A stretch of DNA of 64,000 bases from Sulfurimonas sp. (GTDB lineage Bacteria; Campylobacterota; Campylobacteria; Campylobacterales; Sulfurimonadaceae), in NCBI GenBank assembly GCA_027063645.1, contig JAMORK010000037.1:4200-68199 (forward strand), read 5' to 3'. Under the pieces are notes generated by a model. The model was not told the origin of the DNA. It did no database searches and was given only the letters and a program-made list of their open reading frames with translations. Positions 10,594 through 21,501 of this stretch are shown here, in pieces. Position numbers and translations under genes: made by a program. Numbering within the stretch: the first letter of the stretch is position 1; each line of letters starts with the position of its first letter.

Positions 10594-11166
10594 ATGTTTG
10601 AAGCGATAGCGTTTTACTTGTTTGCATTTTTAACGATTAGTATGTTTTACATCACTGTAACAACATCACAAGCGTTACATGCATTAACTGCTTTAGCAGC
10701 AGGAATGATTTTTATATCAGCATTTTTCTTTATCCTTGGTGCTGATTTTCTAGGTGCGATACAAATTATCGTTTATACTGGTGCTGTTATGGCACTTTAT
10801 GCCTTTGGTATGATGTTCTTTGATTCTACACGTGATGTGAAAGAGAAGCAAGGGAACAAGTTTATAGTTGTGGGTATGGCTACTGTAGCAGCTGTTTTAG
10901 TTGTTGCAATCTTCTCTGCTCCAATACTAAGCGATAATATCGTAGCACTCTACCCAAGTGTTGGTGCAGGAAATACTCAAGAGGTTGGTATGGTACTTTT
11001 TACAAAATACCTTATCCCATTTGAAGTTGCAGCAGTGATGCTTCTTGTTGCTATGGTAGCAGGAATTGTACTTGCTGGTAAGAAAATGGATCTTTCTTTA
11101 ACTCTGATGAATAAAGAAGAGATTTTAGAAATGAATGAAGATAAAAATAAAAAGGTACTTTCATGA
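10594..11166 (+). CDS. nuoJ: NADH-quinone oxidoreductase subunit J
   Basis: QIIVYTGAVM, YLIPFEVAAVMLLVAMVAG. Confidence 0.96.
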   Translation: MFEAIAFYLFAFLTISMFYITVTTSQALHALTALAAGMIFISAFFFILGADFLGAIQIIVYTGAVMALYAFGMMFFDSTRDVKEKQGNKFIVVGMATVAAVLVVAIFSAPILSDNIVALYPSVGAGNTQEVGMVLFTKYLIPFEVAAVMLLVAMVAGIVLAGKKMDLSLTLMNKEEILEMNEDKNKKVLS

Positions 11167-11471
11167 TGGAAATTGGTTTAAATCACTATCTTGTTCTATC
11201 TACTATTTTATTCGCTATTGGTTTAGTGGGTGTAATGAGAAGAAAGAACCTTCTTTTACTGTTTTTCGCAACGGAGATTTTACTCAATGCGGTAAATATC
11301 GCTTTTGCTGCGATTTCACACTATTACGGTGACTTAACAGGTCAGATGTTTGCATTTTTTGTAATTGCAATCGCTGCATCAGAGCTCGCTGTAGGACTTG
11401 GTCTTCTTATTGTTTGGTTTAAACGCCACGGTACAATTGATCTTGACACTATGACAAGTATGAGAGGATAA
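11163..11471 (+). CDS. nuoK: NADH-quinone oxidoreductase subunit K
   Basis: Three TM segments; EILLNAVN, AIAASELAVGLG. Confidence 0.96.
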   Translation: MMEIGLNHYLVLSTILFAIGLVGVMRRKNLLLLFFATEILLNAVNIAFAAISHYYGDLTGQMFAFFVIAIAASELAVGLGLLIVWFKRHGTIDLDTMTSMRG

Positions 11472-11475
11472 TTAG

Positions 11476-13398
11476 ATGGAAAATTTATTATATATAGCAT
11501 TATTTTCACCTTTAGTTAGTTCTCTTTTTGCAGCACTTTTTACTGCAACACCGAAGAAACAATTTATTGGTATTATCGCTTCACTTCTCATCTTTACTTC
11601 ATTTGTAAGTAGTAGTTTTTTACTTGCAGAGATTTTAATTACAGGAACTCCTGTACATGTAGAGATGATGACATGGATGGCAACGGGTAACCTATATATC
11701 CCATTTGGATTTGTAGTGGATCAAGTTTCTGTAACTATGATGATGGTTGTTACACTTGTTTCTACAATTGTACATATCTATTCTATAGGCTATATGGATC
11801 ACGATAAAGGTTTCAATAGATTCTTTTCATGGTTATCGGCTTTCGTATTCTCTATGATGGTACTTGTTATGAGTGATAACTATGCAGGTCTTTTCATCGG
11901 TTGGGAAGGTGTTGGTCTTTGTTCTTGGGGTCTTATTGGTTTCTGGTTTCATAAAGAGGTTGCTACTTGGGCAGCAAATGAAGCATTTATCATGAACCGT
12001 ATTGCTGACCTTGGTATGCTTATCGGTATATTCTTAGTATATTGGAATACTGGTACATTACAGTATGATGGTGCTTTTGCAGCATTCGCAACACTTGATA
12101 CAGCTACACTTACTTGGATTGGTATCTTCTTGTTTATCGGTGCTATGGGTAAATCAGCTCAGTTTCCACTTCATACTTGGCTTGCAGATGCAATGGAGGG
12201 TCCTACACCAGTATCGGCTCTTATCCATGCGGCAACAATGGTAACAGCAGGTGTTTACTTAGTAGTTCGTTCTAACGAGCTTTATGACTTAATCCCTAAT
12301 GTTGGTTTATTTATCGCTAGTCTTGGTGCATTTGTTGCACTATTTGCAGCTTCAATGGCCCTAGTAAATCGTGATATGAAGCGTATCATTGCATACTCTA
12401 CACTTTCACAACTAGGGTATATGTTTGCAGCAGCTGGTCTTGGTGCATATTGGGTGGCACTTTTCCACCTTATGGCTCATGCATTCTTTAAAGCACTTTT
12501 ATTCTTAGGTGCTGGTAATGTAATGCATGCAATGCACGATGAACTAGATCCATTTAAAATGGGTGGATTAAAGAAGAAGATGACTGCAACTGCTGTGATG
12601 ATGACTTTAGCATCAGTAGCACTAGCGGGTATATTCCCACTAGCTGGTTTCTTCTCTAAAGATGCAATCTTAGAGTCGGCATTTGTTGAGCATCACTTTA
12701 TTATCTATAGTGTACTTCTTTTCACTGCTGGTTTAACTGCATTTTATTCATTTAGACTTGTTGCACTAATCTTCCATGGTGAAGAGCGTTACAAACTTTT
12801 TGGTATTGACCCACACGAAGCATATAAATTTATGCTTATCGCTATGAGTCCACTTTTACTTCTTGCAATTATTGCAGGATCTTTAAAAATGACTTACTAC
12901 GAGATGGTAACAGCATTACTTCCTGCGACTGAATACCATATCCATAATCACTTAGTGTATTGGATTATGACAATTGGAACACAGCTGTTTGTTATCTTAG
13001 CAATTGTTTATGCTTATAAAAAATATGCTAACAGTAAAGTTACTGTTCCAGATGGTACATCAGCAATGGAAAATAGTTTTGGATATAAATTACTTATAAA
13101 CCAATACTATATTCCTTACTTCTATGAAGAGTATATAGTTAAATCATATAGAGAACTTTCTAAAATATTCTGGAAACAAGTGGATCTTAAAATAGTAGAT
13201 GCAACTGTAGATGGAATTGCTGGTGTTCTTTATAGTACTGGTGAAAGAACAAGAGATATGCAGAGTGGTAATCTTTCTACGATGTTAAAATGGATGGTAG
13301 CAGGTACAATTGGTCTGTTATCATTAGCTGTGGTTTTCGGACTAGCAGTTAGATATTCTGATGCGATCTTAGCGATCTTATCAGGTTTAGGAGTTTAG
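11476..13398 (+). CDS. nuoL: NADH-quinone oxidoreductase subunit L
   Basis: GWEGVGLCS, GKSAQFPLHTWLADAMEGPTPVSALIHAATMV, HAFFKALLFL. Confidence 0.98.
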   Translation: MENLLYIALFSPLVSSLFAALFTATPKKQFIGIIASLLIFTSFVSSSFLLAEILITGTPVHVEMMTWMATGNLYIPFGFVVDQVSVTMMMVVTLVSTIVHIYSIGYMDHDKGFNRFFSWLSAFVFSMMVLVMSDNYAGLFIGWEGVGLCSWGLIGFWFHKEVATWAANEAFIMNRIADLGMLIGIFLVYWNTGTLQYDGAFAAFATLDTATLTWIGIFLFIGAMGKSAQFPLHTWLADAMEGPTPVSALIHAATMVTAGVYLVVRSNELYDLIPNVGLFIASLGAFVALFAASMALVNRDMKRIIAYSTLSQLGYMFAAAGLGAYWVALFHLMAHAFFKALLFLGAGNVMHAMHDELDPFKMGGLKKKMTATAVMMTLASVALAGIFPLAGFFSKDAILESAFVEHHFIIYSVLLFTAGLTAFYSFRLVALIFHGEERYKLFGIDPHEAYKFMLIAMSPLLLLAIIAGSLKMTYYEMVTALLPATEYHIHNHLVYWIMTIGTQLFVILAIVYAYKKYANSKVTVPDGTSAMENSFGYKLLINQYYIPYFYEEYIVKSYRELSKIFWKQVDLKIVDATVDGIAGVLYSTGERTRDMQSGNLSTMLKWMVAGTIGLLSLAVVFGLAVRYSDAILAILSGLGV

Positions 13399-13401
13399 TA
13401 G

Positions 13402-14955
13402 ATGATTGATCATATATTATCAGTTTTAATTTTCTTTCCAGCAGTGGCTGCTGTATTTGGATTTATAATTCATAAAGACAGTATGCGTGCTTATGGTGTT
13501 GCAGTTTCTGTAATTGAATTTGCACTTGCATTATGGCTATGGTTTGCATTTGATTCAAATGTATCTGGCATGCAGTTTATGGAACTTATTCCAGTTGTTC
13601 CATCGTTTGGAATTAACTATATCTTAGGTGTTGATGGTATCTCTTTATTTATTATCATCCTTGCAGCATTCTTTACACTCATTGGTATCGCTTCTTTAAC
13701 TGATACAAAAAATGTAAAGAACATGATTATTACATTATTATTTTTACAAATGACAATGGTTGGTGTTTTCGCTGCTCTTGATGCAATTATATTTTATGTA
13801 TTTTGGGAGCTTTCTCTTGTACCAATGTTATATATCATTGGAGCATGGGGTGGGCCACTTCGTATATATGCATCTGTGAAGTTCTTCCTTTATACTTTTG
13901 CAGGTTCACTAGTGATGCTTGTAGGTATGCTCTTTATGGCATATTTTTACTACCAAGCAACAGGTGTGTGGTCATTCGCTATTCTTGATTGGTATAGACT
14001 TATTTTACCAGAGAGTTTTCAGTTATGGTTATTTGCAGCATTCTTTATTGGTTTTGCTATTAAGGTACCAATGTTTCCATTTCATACATGGTTACCATAT
14101 GCACATGGTCAAGCACCAACGATTGGTTCTGTAATTCTTGCAGCAATTTTACTGAAAATGGGTACATATGCATTTATCCGTTTCTCTTTACCATTGTTCC
14201 CTGATGCATCAGTGTTCTATATGTATCCGATTGCAATTCTTGCTATCATTATGATTATCTATACTGCAATGGTTGCTTATGCACAAGAAGATGTGAAGCA
14301 GGTTGTTGCTTATTCATCAGTTTCACACATGGGTGTTATTATCCTTGGTACATTTGCATTAAATGTTGAGGGTATCTCAGGTTCAATCTTTTTAATGATT
14401 GCTCACGGTGTTGTCTCTGGTGCTCTGTTCTTACTTGTTGGGGTTATCTATGATCGACGCCATACGAAGATGATGGATCAATTTGGTGGTTTAGCACATG
14501 TTATGCCTAGATATGCAACGATCTTTGGTATTATGCTTATGGCTTCTGTTGGTATGCCACTTACAATCAACTTTGTTGGTGAGTTCTTAAGTTTACTTGG
14601 ATTCTATCAACAATCTCATACATTAACACTTCTCGCAGGTGTTGCAATTATTGTTGGGGCTATCTATATGTTAGCAGCCTACAAAAAAATGTTCTTTGGT
14701 GAGATTACAAAAGATGAAAACAGAAATCTAAAAGATGTAAATAAACGTGAACTTTTAGCTTTAATTCCATTATCAATCATCACAATTTGGTTAGGTGTCT
14801 ATCCTAAACCAGTACTTGGCCCAATTAATAACTCAGTTGAGTCTATCGTACAACTTATGCACGATAAAGCAACAAGTGTAGAAGCTAAAATTAGAATCCC
14901 TAATGTTATAGAGGGTATTGTAATTACTAGAACACCAGCAGGGGAGGCACACTAA
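13402..14955 (+). CDS. nuoM: NADH-quinone oxidoreductase subunit M
   Basis: FYVFWE, KVPMFPFHTWLPYAHGQAPT, AYSSVSHMG, NFVGE. Confidence 0.98.
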   Translation: MIDHILSVLIFFPAVAAVFGFIIHKDSMRAYGVAVSVIEFALALWLWFAFDSNVSGMQFMELIPVVPSFGINYILGVDGISLFIIILAAFFTLIGIASLTDTKNVKNMIITLLFLQMTMVGVFAALDAIIFYVFWELSLVPMLYIIGAWGGPLRIYASVKFFLYTFAGSLVMLVGMLFMAYFYYQATGVWSFAILDWYRLILPESFQLWLFAAFFIGFAIKVPMFPFHTWLPYAHGQAPTIGSVILAAILLKMGTYAFIRFSLPLFPDASVFYMYPIAILAIIMIIYTAMVAYAQEDVKQVVAYSSVSHMGVIILGTFALNVEGISGSIFLMIAHGVVSGALFLLVGVIYDRRHTKMMDQFGGLAHVMPRYATIFGIMLMASVGMPLTINFVGEFLSLLGFYQQSHTLTLLAGVAIIVGAIYMLAAYKKMFFGEITKDENRNLKDVNKRELLALIPLSIITIWLGVYPKPVLGPINNSVESIVQLMHDKATSVEAKIRIPNVIEGIVITRTPAGEAH

Positions 14956-16463
14956 TGTTAGCGCCAGTAAATGTTTCATTAGAGTCATTAAATTTAATGA
15001 CTCTAGCACCAATGTTGATTCCAATCGTTGGTGCACTATTAATCTTAGTTATTGATCTATTTAAAAGTAATTTAGATAAGACCTTATATGTAGGTGTTAG
15101 TTTATTATTCCTTTTTATGGATTTCTTTGCACTTTATGATGCATCAACTATATTTGCACAAGATGGCACTATGCTTGGTGTATTTAATGTTATGCTTATC
15201 GATGGTTTAGCTCTGCTTTCGCAATTTATTATTGTTATTGCTTCAATGCTATTTATCCCATTAGCATTAACACATAAGCGTTTCCATGAGTTTAGTTACC
15301 CTGAATTCTTTGCACTTTTCTTATTTATGATTGGTGGATTCCAGTTTATGGTTGCATCTGATAACTTAATCCTTATCTTTGTAGGGCTTGAGACTGCATC
15401 ACTTGCACTTTATACTATGATTGCAATGCATAACCGTGACAAATCATTTGAAGCGGCAGTAAAATACTTTACAATGGGTGCATTAGCAGCAGGCTTCTTC
15501 TCTTTTGGTGCAATGGTGTTTTATGCACTTACAGGAAGTATAGAGATTAATCAAATTGCTGCAGTTCTTGCAGGAAATGGGTATGCAGATATAGGTTATG
15601 TTCTTGTTGGTGTAGTATTTATGCTTGCATCATTTGGATTTAAACTTTCCATCGTACCATTTCATACTTGGGCTCCTGATGTTTATGAGGGTAGTTCAGC
15701 GGCAATGGCTGGATATATGTCAATCGTACCTAAAATCGCTGCATTTGTAGTTGCGATGAGACTTTTTGAATTCTTAATTCATAGTGGTGTTATTTGGCTA
15801 GAAGTTGTACTTTATGCTTTTGTTGTTATCACTATGACAGCTGCAAACCTTTGGGCTCTTGTTCAAACAGATGTGAAACGTATGCTTGCATACTCTTCAA
15901 TCTCTCATGCAGGTTTTGTTATGGCTGCTATCTTAATTGGTACAACACAAGCAAACTCAGCACTTTTCCTTTACTGGATTCTGTTTAGTTTTACTAACCT
16001 TGGATCATTCTCTATGTTATGGATCTCTCGTCAAAAACATCTTCCAGATGGACAAAGCAGTGATCATAGTTATGATAAATTTGCAGGGATGATCAAAACA
16101 TCTCCAATGGCAGCTGTTGTAATGGCCCTTTTTATGTTAAGTCTTGCTGGTTTACCTCCATTTGCACTTTTCTGGGGTAAATTATATATGATTAGTTCTG
16201 CAGTAACTGGTGGTTATACAGTTCTTGCACTTATTATGGCACTTAACTCTGCTATTGCAGGTTATTACTATCTTAAACTTATTGTATATATGTTTATGAA
16301 AGAACCTGTTGTTGGTGTAAATGGTGAAGTATATGTTTCAAATGCAACGAATGCTCTTAAAACTATTATTGGTATTGCTGCAGTGGGAACTGTTTTTGCT
16401 ATCATAGCTGTAAACCCACTTTTAGAGTTTATTACAGCCTTTGTTTATAACAGTGGATATTAA
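14955..16463 (+). CDS. nuoN: NADH-quinone oxidoreductase subunit N
   Basis: EAAVKYF, FKLSIVPFHTWAPDVYEG, KRMLAYSSISHAG. Confidence 0.98.
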   Translation: MLAPVNVSLESLNLMTLAPMLIPIVGALLILVIDLFKSNLDKTLYVGVSLLFLFMDFFALYDASTIFAQDGTMLGVFNVMLIDGLALLSQFIIVIASMLFIPLALTHKRFHEFSYPEFFALFLFMIGGFQFMVASDNLILIFVGLETASLALYTMIAMHNRDKSFEAAVKYFTMGALAAGFFSFGAMVFYALTGSIEINQIAAVLAGNGYADIGYVLVGVVFMLASFGFKLSIVPFHTWAPDVYEGSSAAMAGYMSIVPKIAAFVVAMRLFEFLIHSGVIWLEVVLYAFVVITMTAANLWALVQTDVKRMLAYSSISHAGFVMAAILIGTTQANSALFLYWILFSFTNLGSFSMLWISRQKHLPDGQSSDHSYDKFAGMIKTSPMAAVVMALFMLSLAGLPPFALFWGKLYMISSAVTGGYTVLALIMALNSAIAGYYYLKLIVYMFMKEPVVGVNGEVYVSNATNALKTIIGIAAVGTVFAIIAVNPLLEFITAFVYNSGY

Positions 16464-16493
16464 AAAATAAATAAAATATAAGGAGAAGAGAAT

Positions 16494-18854
16494 TTGCAAC
16501 AATGGATACTCTCCCTCCTTATACTCTCTACTCTTCATCTTACTGCACTAGAGATATCTATCGATAGTGGAGTAGAAGATCATCAAAGATACTCTATATT
16601 ACATCTCAAAGATACTCAAAGCTTTGTCTGCGAAGCGATAAAAGATGATTTCTTAATTACTACAAAAATAGTTTGTGCTTACTCAAAAAAGCCTGACAAA
16701 ATCATCCAAAAATTACAAAATGATTTTTTTAAAATTGATACGATGATACAAAAGGAAACTTTTTTTCTAGTTATTACACCATTTTATAAGATAAAACTTG
16801 TTCCACAAGTATTTGATTTAACTCAAGATAATTCTGTTTATGAACCAAATGTTACATTATCAGATTATTGGATGGTTATTGGTTATAAGGAAAAACTACC
16901 CCTTATTCATAAAGATGAAACATCAGAAATAGGCATCAACTTTCCTTTTTTTATGGACAAAGACAAGCTCCCTTATGTAGGAAGTTTAGATATAAAAGGG
17001 AATCCAGTTTATATAAAAAAAGTGGAAGATGTTACTGATTACTTAAGAATTAAAAAACTTTATGCCAAGGGAAACTATGAGCAGTGTTTAGACCTTATAG
17101 ACACAGTTTTAGATGAGTATCCAAATACCCTTTTTAAAGCAGAACTCACATACTATAAGATAAAAGTTTATAAGCAACTCAAAGATAATGATAATGTGAT
17201 TGATTATGCAAAACTTTTTTTAAGAGAGTACTCTTCAGATGAGAATGTAGCAGAGGTTTTGTCTTTGATTGCACAAGCTTATTCTCTTATAGGACAAAAT
17301 GGTGATGCAGATTACTTTTTTGATAGACTTTTTAGTGAGCATGCACAAAGTGTATATGCTCAATGGGGTTATATTTATAAGGGGGAGATGCTTGAAGAAT
17401 CAGGGGGCATAAGTGTAGCAATTAAGTTTTATAAACGAGCTTTAAAAGAGACACAAAACTTAGATGTAGCAGTCAATGCTGCTTTTAATCTTGTAAAAAT
17501 TTATATGACAGATTCCCAAAAAGAAGCTGTAAAATATATGGAAAAAATTATTAAAGCAAAACCATCATTTTTATATGAGCATTTTAAAAAGTCTAAAGAG
17601 ATGATGTATACATTTGCAGATTCTTCTAAGTATGAGATAGCTGCTAAGATGGCAAAAGTACTTTTAGCTTCTATGCCTAAAGATGATGAAAACTATGAAA
17701 ATATACTCAAAGATAGAGCTTTATGGCTAAGTAAAACAGAAAATAAAGATGAAGCACTCAAAGCTATCAATGAGTACTTTAAAGCATACCCAGATGGAGA
17801 ATACCTAGATATTATTCAAGTTGCTAAAGATTCTTTATTTTTTGATCAAAAAGATATTAATGCAACAAGAAAATTACAGGAGTATGACAAGCTTATAGAT
17901 GACTATGCTGGTGATAGTATTGGAGAACGTGCAATCTATGAAAAAGCGAAATTATTACTTGAGAGTAAACATTATCTTGCCTTTTTAGATTTTAAAGATA
18001 AGTTAGAAAGTTTAGATGAGGAGATCTATAAAGATATACCTCAAATGATTCATGAAGCAGCTATAGGAGCTATGGAAAACTCTCTTAAGAAAAAAGAGTG
18101 CCATAATGTACTTCGTATCTCTAAAGATTATAACATAACACTCTCTGATAAATGGGATGATGGAATCTATGAGTGTGGAATGAAAGGGGGAGACTATCAA
18201 CTCTCTCGCCAAGTAGCAACGAGAAACTTAAACTCTAAAGATTTAGATCAAAGAAAAAAATGGCTTTACAGATATATTAAAATAGATTTTACAACTGGAA
18301 ACTACAGTGATGTGATAGAAGCATCGAAAGATCTTATCACTCTTATAGAGGGAAGTAAAGAAGAGCCTTATGTTGAAGTGTATCGTTATCTATTTGATAC
18401 ATATGAGCGCTTAGAAAAAAGTGATGAGATGATAGATGCTATAGCAAATATACAAAAAGTGTTTGGCTTAGATTACAAAGATTTAGATAGGTATGTTGCT
18501 ATGGTAAGTTTGGGAAGTGATAGGAATGATGATACTATAATTATAAAATATGGAGAGGAAGCCTTAAAAATTCAAAAAGCTTCCAAGTCTCATCCTCAAA
18601 GCCCTTACTTAGAGTTTACACTCTATCAGGCATATATGAATCTTAAAGAGTATGAAAAAGCTTTAGATGTTATAGAGAGTTTAAATGATGTTACACTTGA
18701 TAAGACAAAAAGAGCACGTCAAAAGTATCTTCTTGGAACAGTGCTCAGTAAACTATGGAGAGATACCAAGGCTCAAAAAGCTTACCAAGAAGCGATAGAT
18801 GCAGACCCAGCATCTCCTTGGGCAGATTTAGCAAAATCTGCAAAAGAGATTTAG
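16494..18854 (+). CDS. pflA: Periplasmic TPR-repeat flagellar motor scaffold protein, PflA-like
   Basis: 786 aa with an N-terminal signal peptide and many TPR-like helices. pflA directly follows nuoN in C. jejuni and H. pylori and is of similar size. TTG start with SD AGGAG. Confidence 0.75.
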   Translation: MQQWILSLLILSTLHLTALEISIDSGVEDHQRYSILHLKDTQSFVCEAIKDDFLITTKIVCAYSKKPDKIIQKLQNDFFKIDTMIQKETFFLVITPFYKIKLVPQVFDLTQDNSVYEPNVTLSDYWMVIGYKEKLPLIHKDETSEIGINFPFFMDKDKLPYVGSLDIKGNPVYIKKVEDVTDYLRIKKLYAKGNYEQCLDLIDTVLDEYPNTLFKAELTYYKIKVYKQLKDNDNVIDYAKLFLREYSSDENVAEVLSLIAQAYSLIGQNGDADYFFDRLFSEHAQSVYAQWGYIYKGEMLEESGGISVAIKFYKRALKETQNLDVAVNAAFNLVKIYMTDSQKEAVKYMEKIIKAKPSFLYEHFKKSKEMMYTFADSSKYEIAAKMAKVLLASMPKDDENYENILKDRALWLSKTENKDEALKAINEYFKAYPDGEYLDIIQVAKDSLFFDQKDINATRKLQEYDKLIDDYAGDSIGERAIYEKAKLLLESKHYLAFLDFKDKLESLDEEIYKDIPQMIHEAAIGAMENSLKKKECHNVLRISKDYNITLSDKWDDGIYECGMKGGDYQLSRQVATRNLNSKDLDQRKKWLYRYIKIDFTTGNYSDVIEASKDLITLIEGSKEEPYVEVYRYLFDTYERLEKSDEMIDAIANIQKVFGLDYKDLDRYVAMVSLGSDRNDDTIIIKYGEEALKIQKASKSHPQSPYLEFTLYQAYMNLKEYEKALDVIESLNDVTLDKTKRARQKYLLGTVLSKLWRDTKAQKAYQEAIDADPASPWADLAKSAKEI

Positions 18855-19621
18855 TCTAGTTCTAAACAATCAGCGATAGTGTAGAGACCAGCTTCTTTAT
18901 CAGCTAGCCAAGATGCAGCACGAAGAGCACCTTTAGAGAAGGTAGAACGCGATGTTGCTGTGTGGTTGAGTTCTAAGAATTCACCATCGTTGTAAAAACC
19001 AACAGTATGACGACCTACAATATCTCCACCACGAATCGCCATCACGGCAATCTCATCTTGAGTTCTCTCACCAATGTTTCCATCACGTCCACTTACACGT
19101 ACTTTGTCAAGCTCAAGTCCACGACCACGTGCAGCATGCTCACCAAGAGTAAGAGCAGTACCACTAGGAGCATCTTTTTTATGTTTATGATGCATCTCAA
19201 CGATCTCTATATCAAAGCCCTCTAGCGCAGCTGAAGCTTGCTCTACTAACTTATTTAAAAGTGCTACACCTAAGGACATATTTGTTGCATAGAGTACAGG
19301 CATCATTTGACTTGCTTCTTTAAGAAGATTGAGCTGATGAATGCTAAGACCAGTTGTCCCAATAACTAAGGCTTTTGGTGTGTTGAGTGCAGCTTCTAAA
19401 AGAGTCTCACAAGCATCTGGAAGTGAAAAATCAACGACAACATCACAAGCATTTAAAAAAGAGTGTAAGTCAGATGTTACAAGTACAGATGGATCTATAG
19501 AAAAATCTAGAGAATTTCTTACATAGACACTACTTAAACTCATGGTTTCTATATCTTTGAGATTTTCTAATAGAAGTTTCCCAACACGCCCACTTGCTCC
19601 AAATACACCAACTTTAATCAT
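18851..19621 (-). CDS. dapB: 4-hydroxy-tetrahydrodipicolinate reductase
   Basis: GASGRVG, VIGTTG, EMHHKHKKDAPSGTA, RGGDIVGRH. Confidence 0.97.
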   Translation of the reverse strand: MIKVGVFGASGRVGKLLLENLKDIETMSLSSVYVRNSLDFSIDPSVLVTSDLHSFLNACDVVVDFSLPDACETLLEAALNTPKALVIGTTGLSIHQLNLLKEASQMMPVLYATNMSLGVALLNKLVEQASAALEGFDIEIVEMHHKHKKDAPSGTALTLGEHAARGRGLELDKVRVSGRDGNIGERTQDEIAVMAIRGGDIVGRHTVGFYNDGEFLELNHTATSRSTFSKGALRAASWLADKEAGLYTIADCLELD

Positions 19622-19662
19622 AATTTTGCCTCTTATAAAAATTTTTCAAATAATAGCGAATT

Positions 19663-20607
19663 TTAGTTTAAAAGCTCATCTACATATGAGATAGCTTGAA
19701 GTGCTGCAACTGCACCATCTCCTGCTGCCGAAACAACTTGTTTTGGAGCGGCTATACGCATGTCGCCTGTTGCGAAAAGTCCAGGTACTGAGGTTTTCAT
19801 ACTTATGTCAACGATAACTTGACCTTGTTCATTCATATCACATAAGAAGCTACCATCTTCTTGGATAAGAGTTTGATTGTTGACATCATTTCCAACGAAA
19901 GTAAAAACACCAGGCACATCAATATTACGAGTATTTCCCTCTTTGTCTTTTACACGAATACCTGTCACACCCATCTTGTCACCATAAACTTCATCTGGTA
20001 CTGAGTTTAAAACAAGTTCAATATTTTCAGTACTTTTCACACGCTCTATAGTATTTGGCGCAGATCGGAAAGTATCACGACGGTGTACTAGGTAAACTTT
20101 TGAACAGATTTTAGCAAGATAGAGTGCTTCTTCAAGTGCAGTGTCTCCACCACCAATTACAGCAACCTCTTTACCTTTATAGAAAAAACCATCACATGTA
20201 GCACAAGTACTTACACCACGACCAAAAAATTCATCTTCTCCAGCAAATCCTGCACGACGTGGACGTGAACCTGTACCTATGATAACAGAGTGAGCATCTG
20301 TAGTGGTTCCATCTTCTTTATGAATTGTGAAGAGATCTCCTGATTTGCTTACACGAGTTACATTGACCATCTCATGAACTAAACCAAATTTAGAACACTG
20401 TTCAGGCCATGGTGCCATAAGGTCCATTCCTGTGATTTCACCTGTAACACCAGGATAGTTTTCTATCTCTGAAGAGTTAGTGATTTGACCACCAGGCATC
20501 CCCTTTTCAAACATAACTACATTTTCAAGTCCACCACGTGTCGTATATAAACCTGCTGTTAAACCTGCAGGACCTCCGCCTATTATTGCACAATCTAAAA
20601 CTGACAT
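19663..20607 (-). CDS. trxB: Thioredoxin-disulfide reductase
   Basis: GGGPAG, IENYPG, CATCDG active site, [14 protein letters not shown]. Confidence 0.97.
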   Translation of the reverse strand: MSVLDCAIIGGGPAGLTAGLYTTRGGLENVVMFEKGMPGGQITNSSEIENYPGVTGEITGMDLMAPWPEQCSKFGLVHEMVNVTRVSKSGDLFTIHKEDGTTTDAHSVIIGTGSRPRRAGFAGEDEFFGRGVSTCATCDGFFYKGKEVAVIGGGDTALEEALYLAKICSKVYLVHRRDTFRSAPNTIERVKSTENIELVLNSVPDEVYGDKMGVTGIRVKDKEGNTRNIDVPGVFTFVGNDVNNQTLIQEDGSFLCDMNEQGQVIVDISMKTSVPGLFATGDMRIAAPKQVVSAAGDGAVAALQAISYVDELLN

Positions 20608-20618
20608 TTAACTTCCTT

Positions 20619-21107
20619 TTATAAGTTGTTTGTTTCTTTGGATAACTCATCTAAGTTATCTAGTTTACGTATCATACTATCTTGTTTATAAAGAAAATCT
20701 TTGTGTTTCTTTATAAAGAAAATAGATGGGGAATTGTAAATATTGAAACGTTGAATAAATTTTAAAGAGGTATTCGTCCCACTTCTTAAAAATGTAGTTG
20801 TTTTAGAGTTTTTTCGTACTTGATTATAGTAGTCAATTGCGATGATAGGGATATTTAAATTTATTTGAGCAAGTTGATCCATTGTGTTTGGTTCTTTTGA
20901 AGAGTAAAAGACAACAATGTATTTTTCTTGTGTTGGTGTGAAAATATCACTTTTTTCATAAAAGATCCACTCTTTAAAATCGATAAATTTATATTCAGAA
21001 AATTTGTAGTTGAAGTAAGCAAAGGCAGCAGCTATCATAGCTGCACCAAAGAAAGATGCTAAAAGAGTGGAGAGTGAAAAGAGACTTTTACCCCTTTTCC
21101 TTGCCAA
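20619..21107 (-). CDS. Membrane-anchored hypothetical protein, possible Cys-less thioredoxin-like fold
   Basis: One N-terminal TM segment. YIVVFYSS and RFNIYNSPSIFFI resemble Trx strand and cis-Pro regions. Sits between trxA and trxB. Confidence 0.6.
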   Translation of the reverse strand: MARKRGKSLFSLSTLLASFFGAAMIAAAFAYFNYKFSEYKFIDFKEWIFYEKSDIFTPTQEKYIVVFYSSKEPNTMDQLAQINLNIPIIAIDYYNQVRKNSKTTTFLRSGTNTSLKFIQRFNIYNSPSIFFIKKHKDFLYKQDSMIRKLDNLDELSKETNNL

Positions 21108-21126
21108 CTTTTAGACTTTTAAAGAG

Positions 21127-21447
21127 TTACGCTAAAAGAGCGTCAATTTTGTCAGCTAAAGCTTGTTTGCTTTGAGCACCAACAACTTGGTCTACCATCT
21201 CACCATCTTTAAAGAAGATGATAGTAGGAATAGAACGGATACCAAATTCAACAGCGATATCTTGCTCTTCATCTGTGTTTACTTTACAGATTTTTGCTTT
21301 TCCATCATAATCTTCCGCTAACTCTTCGATAACAGGAGCGATCATACGACAAGGTCCACACCATGGAGCCCAGAAGTCTACTAAAGATACACCTTCAGCG
21401 ATAGTTGCTTTATAATCTGCACCAGTTAATTCAATATATTTACCCAT
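21127..21447 (-). CDS. trxA: Thioredoxin
   Basis: DFWAPWCGPC, GIRSIPT. Confidence 0.98.
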   Translation of the reverse strand: MGKYIELTGADYKATIAEGVSLVDFWAPWCGPCRMIAPVIEELAEDYDGKAKICKVNTDEEQDIAVEFGIRSIPTIIFFKDGEMVDQVVGAQSKQALADKIDALLA

Positions 21448-21501
21448 AAGTAAATCCTTTTGTATTTTATGTTTGAAGTATTATACAAGTGCAATGATTA
21501 A

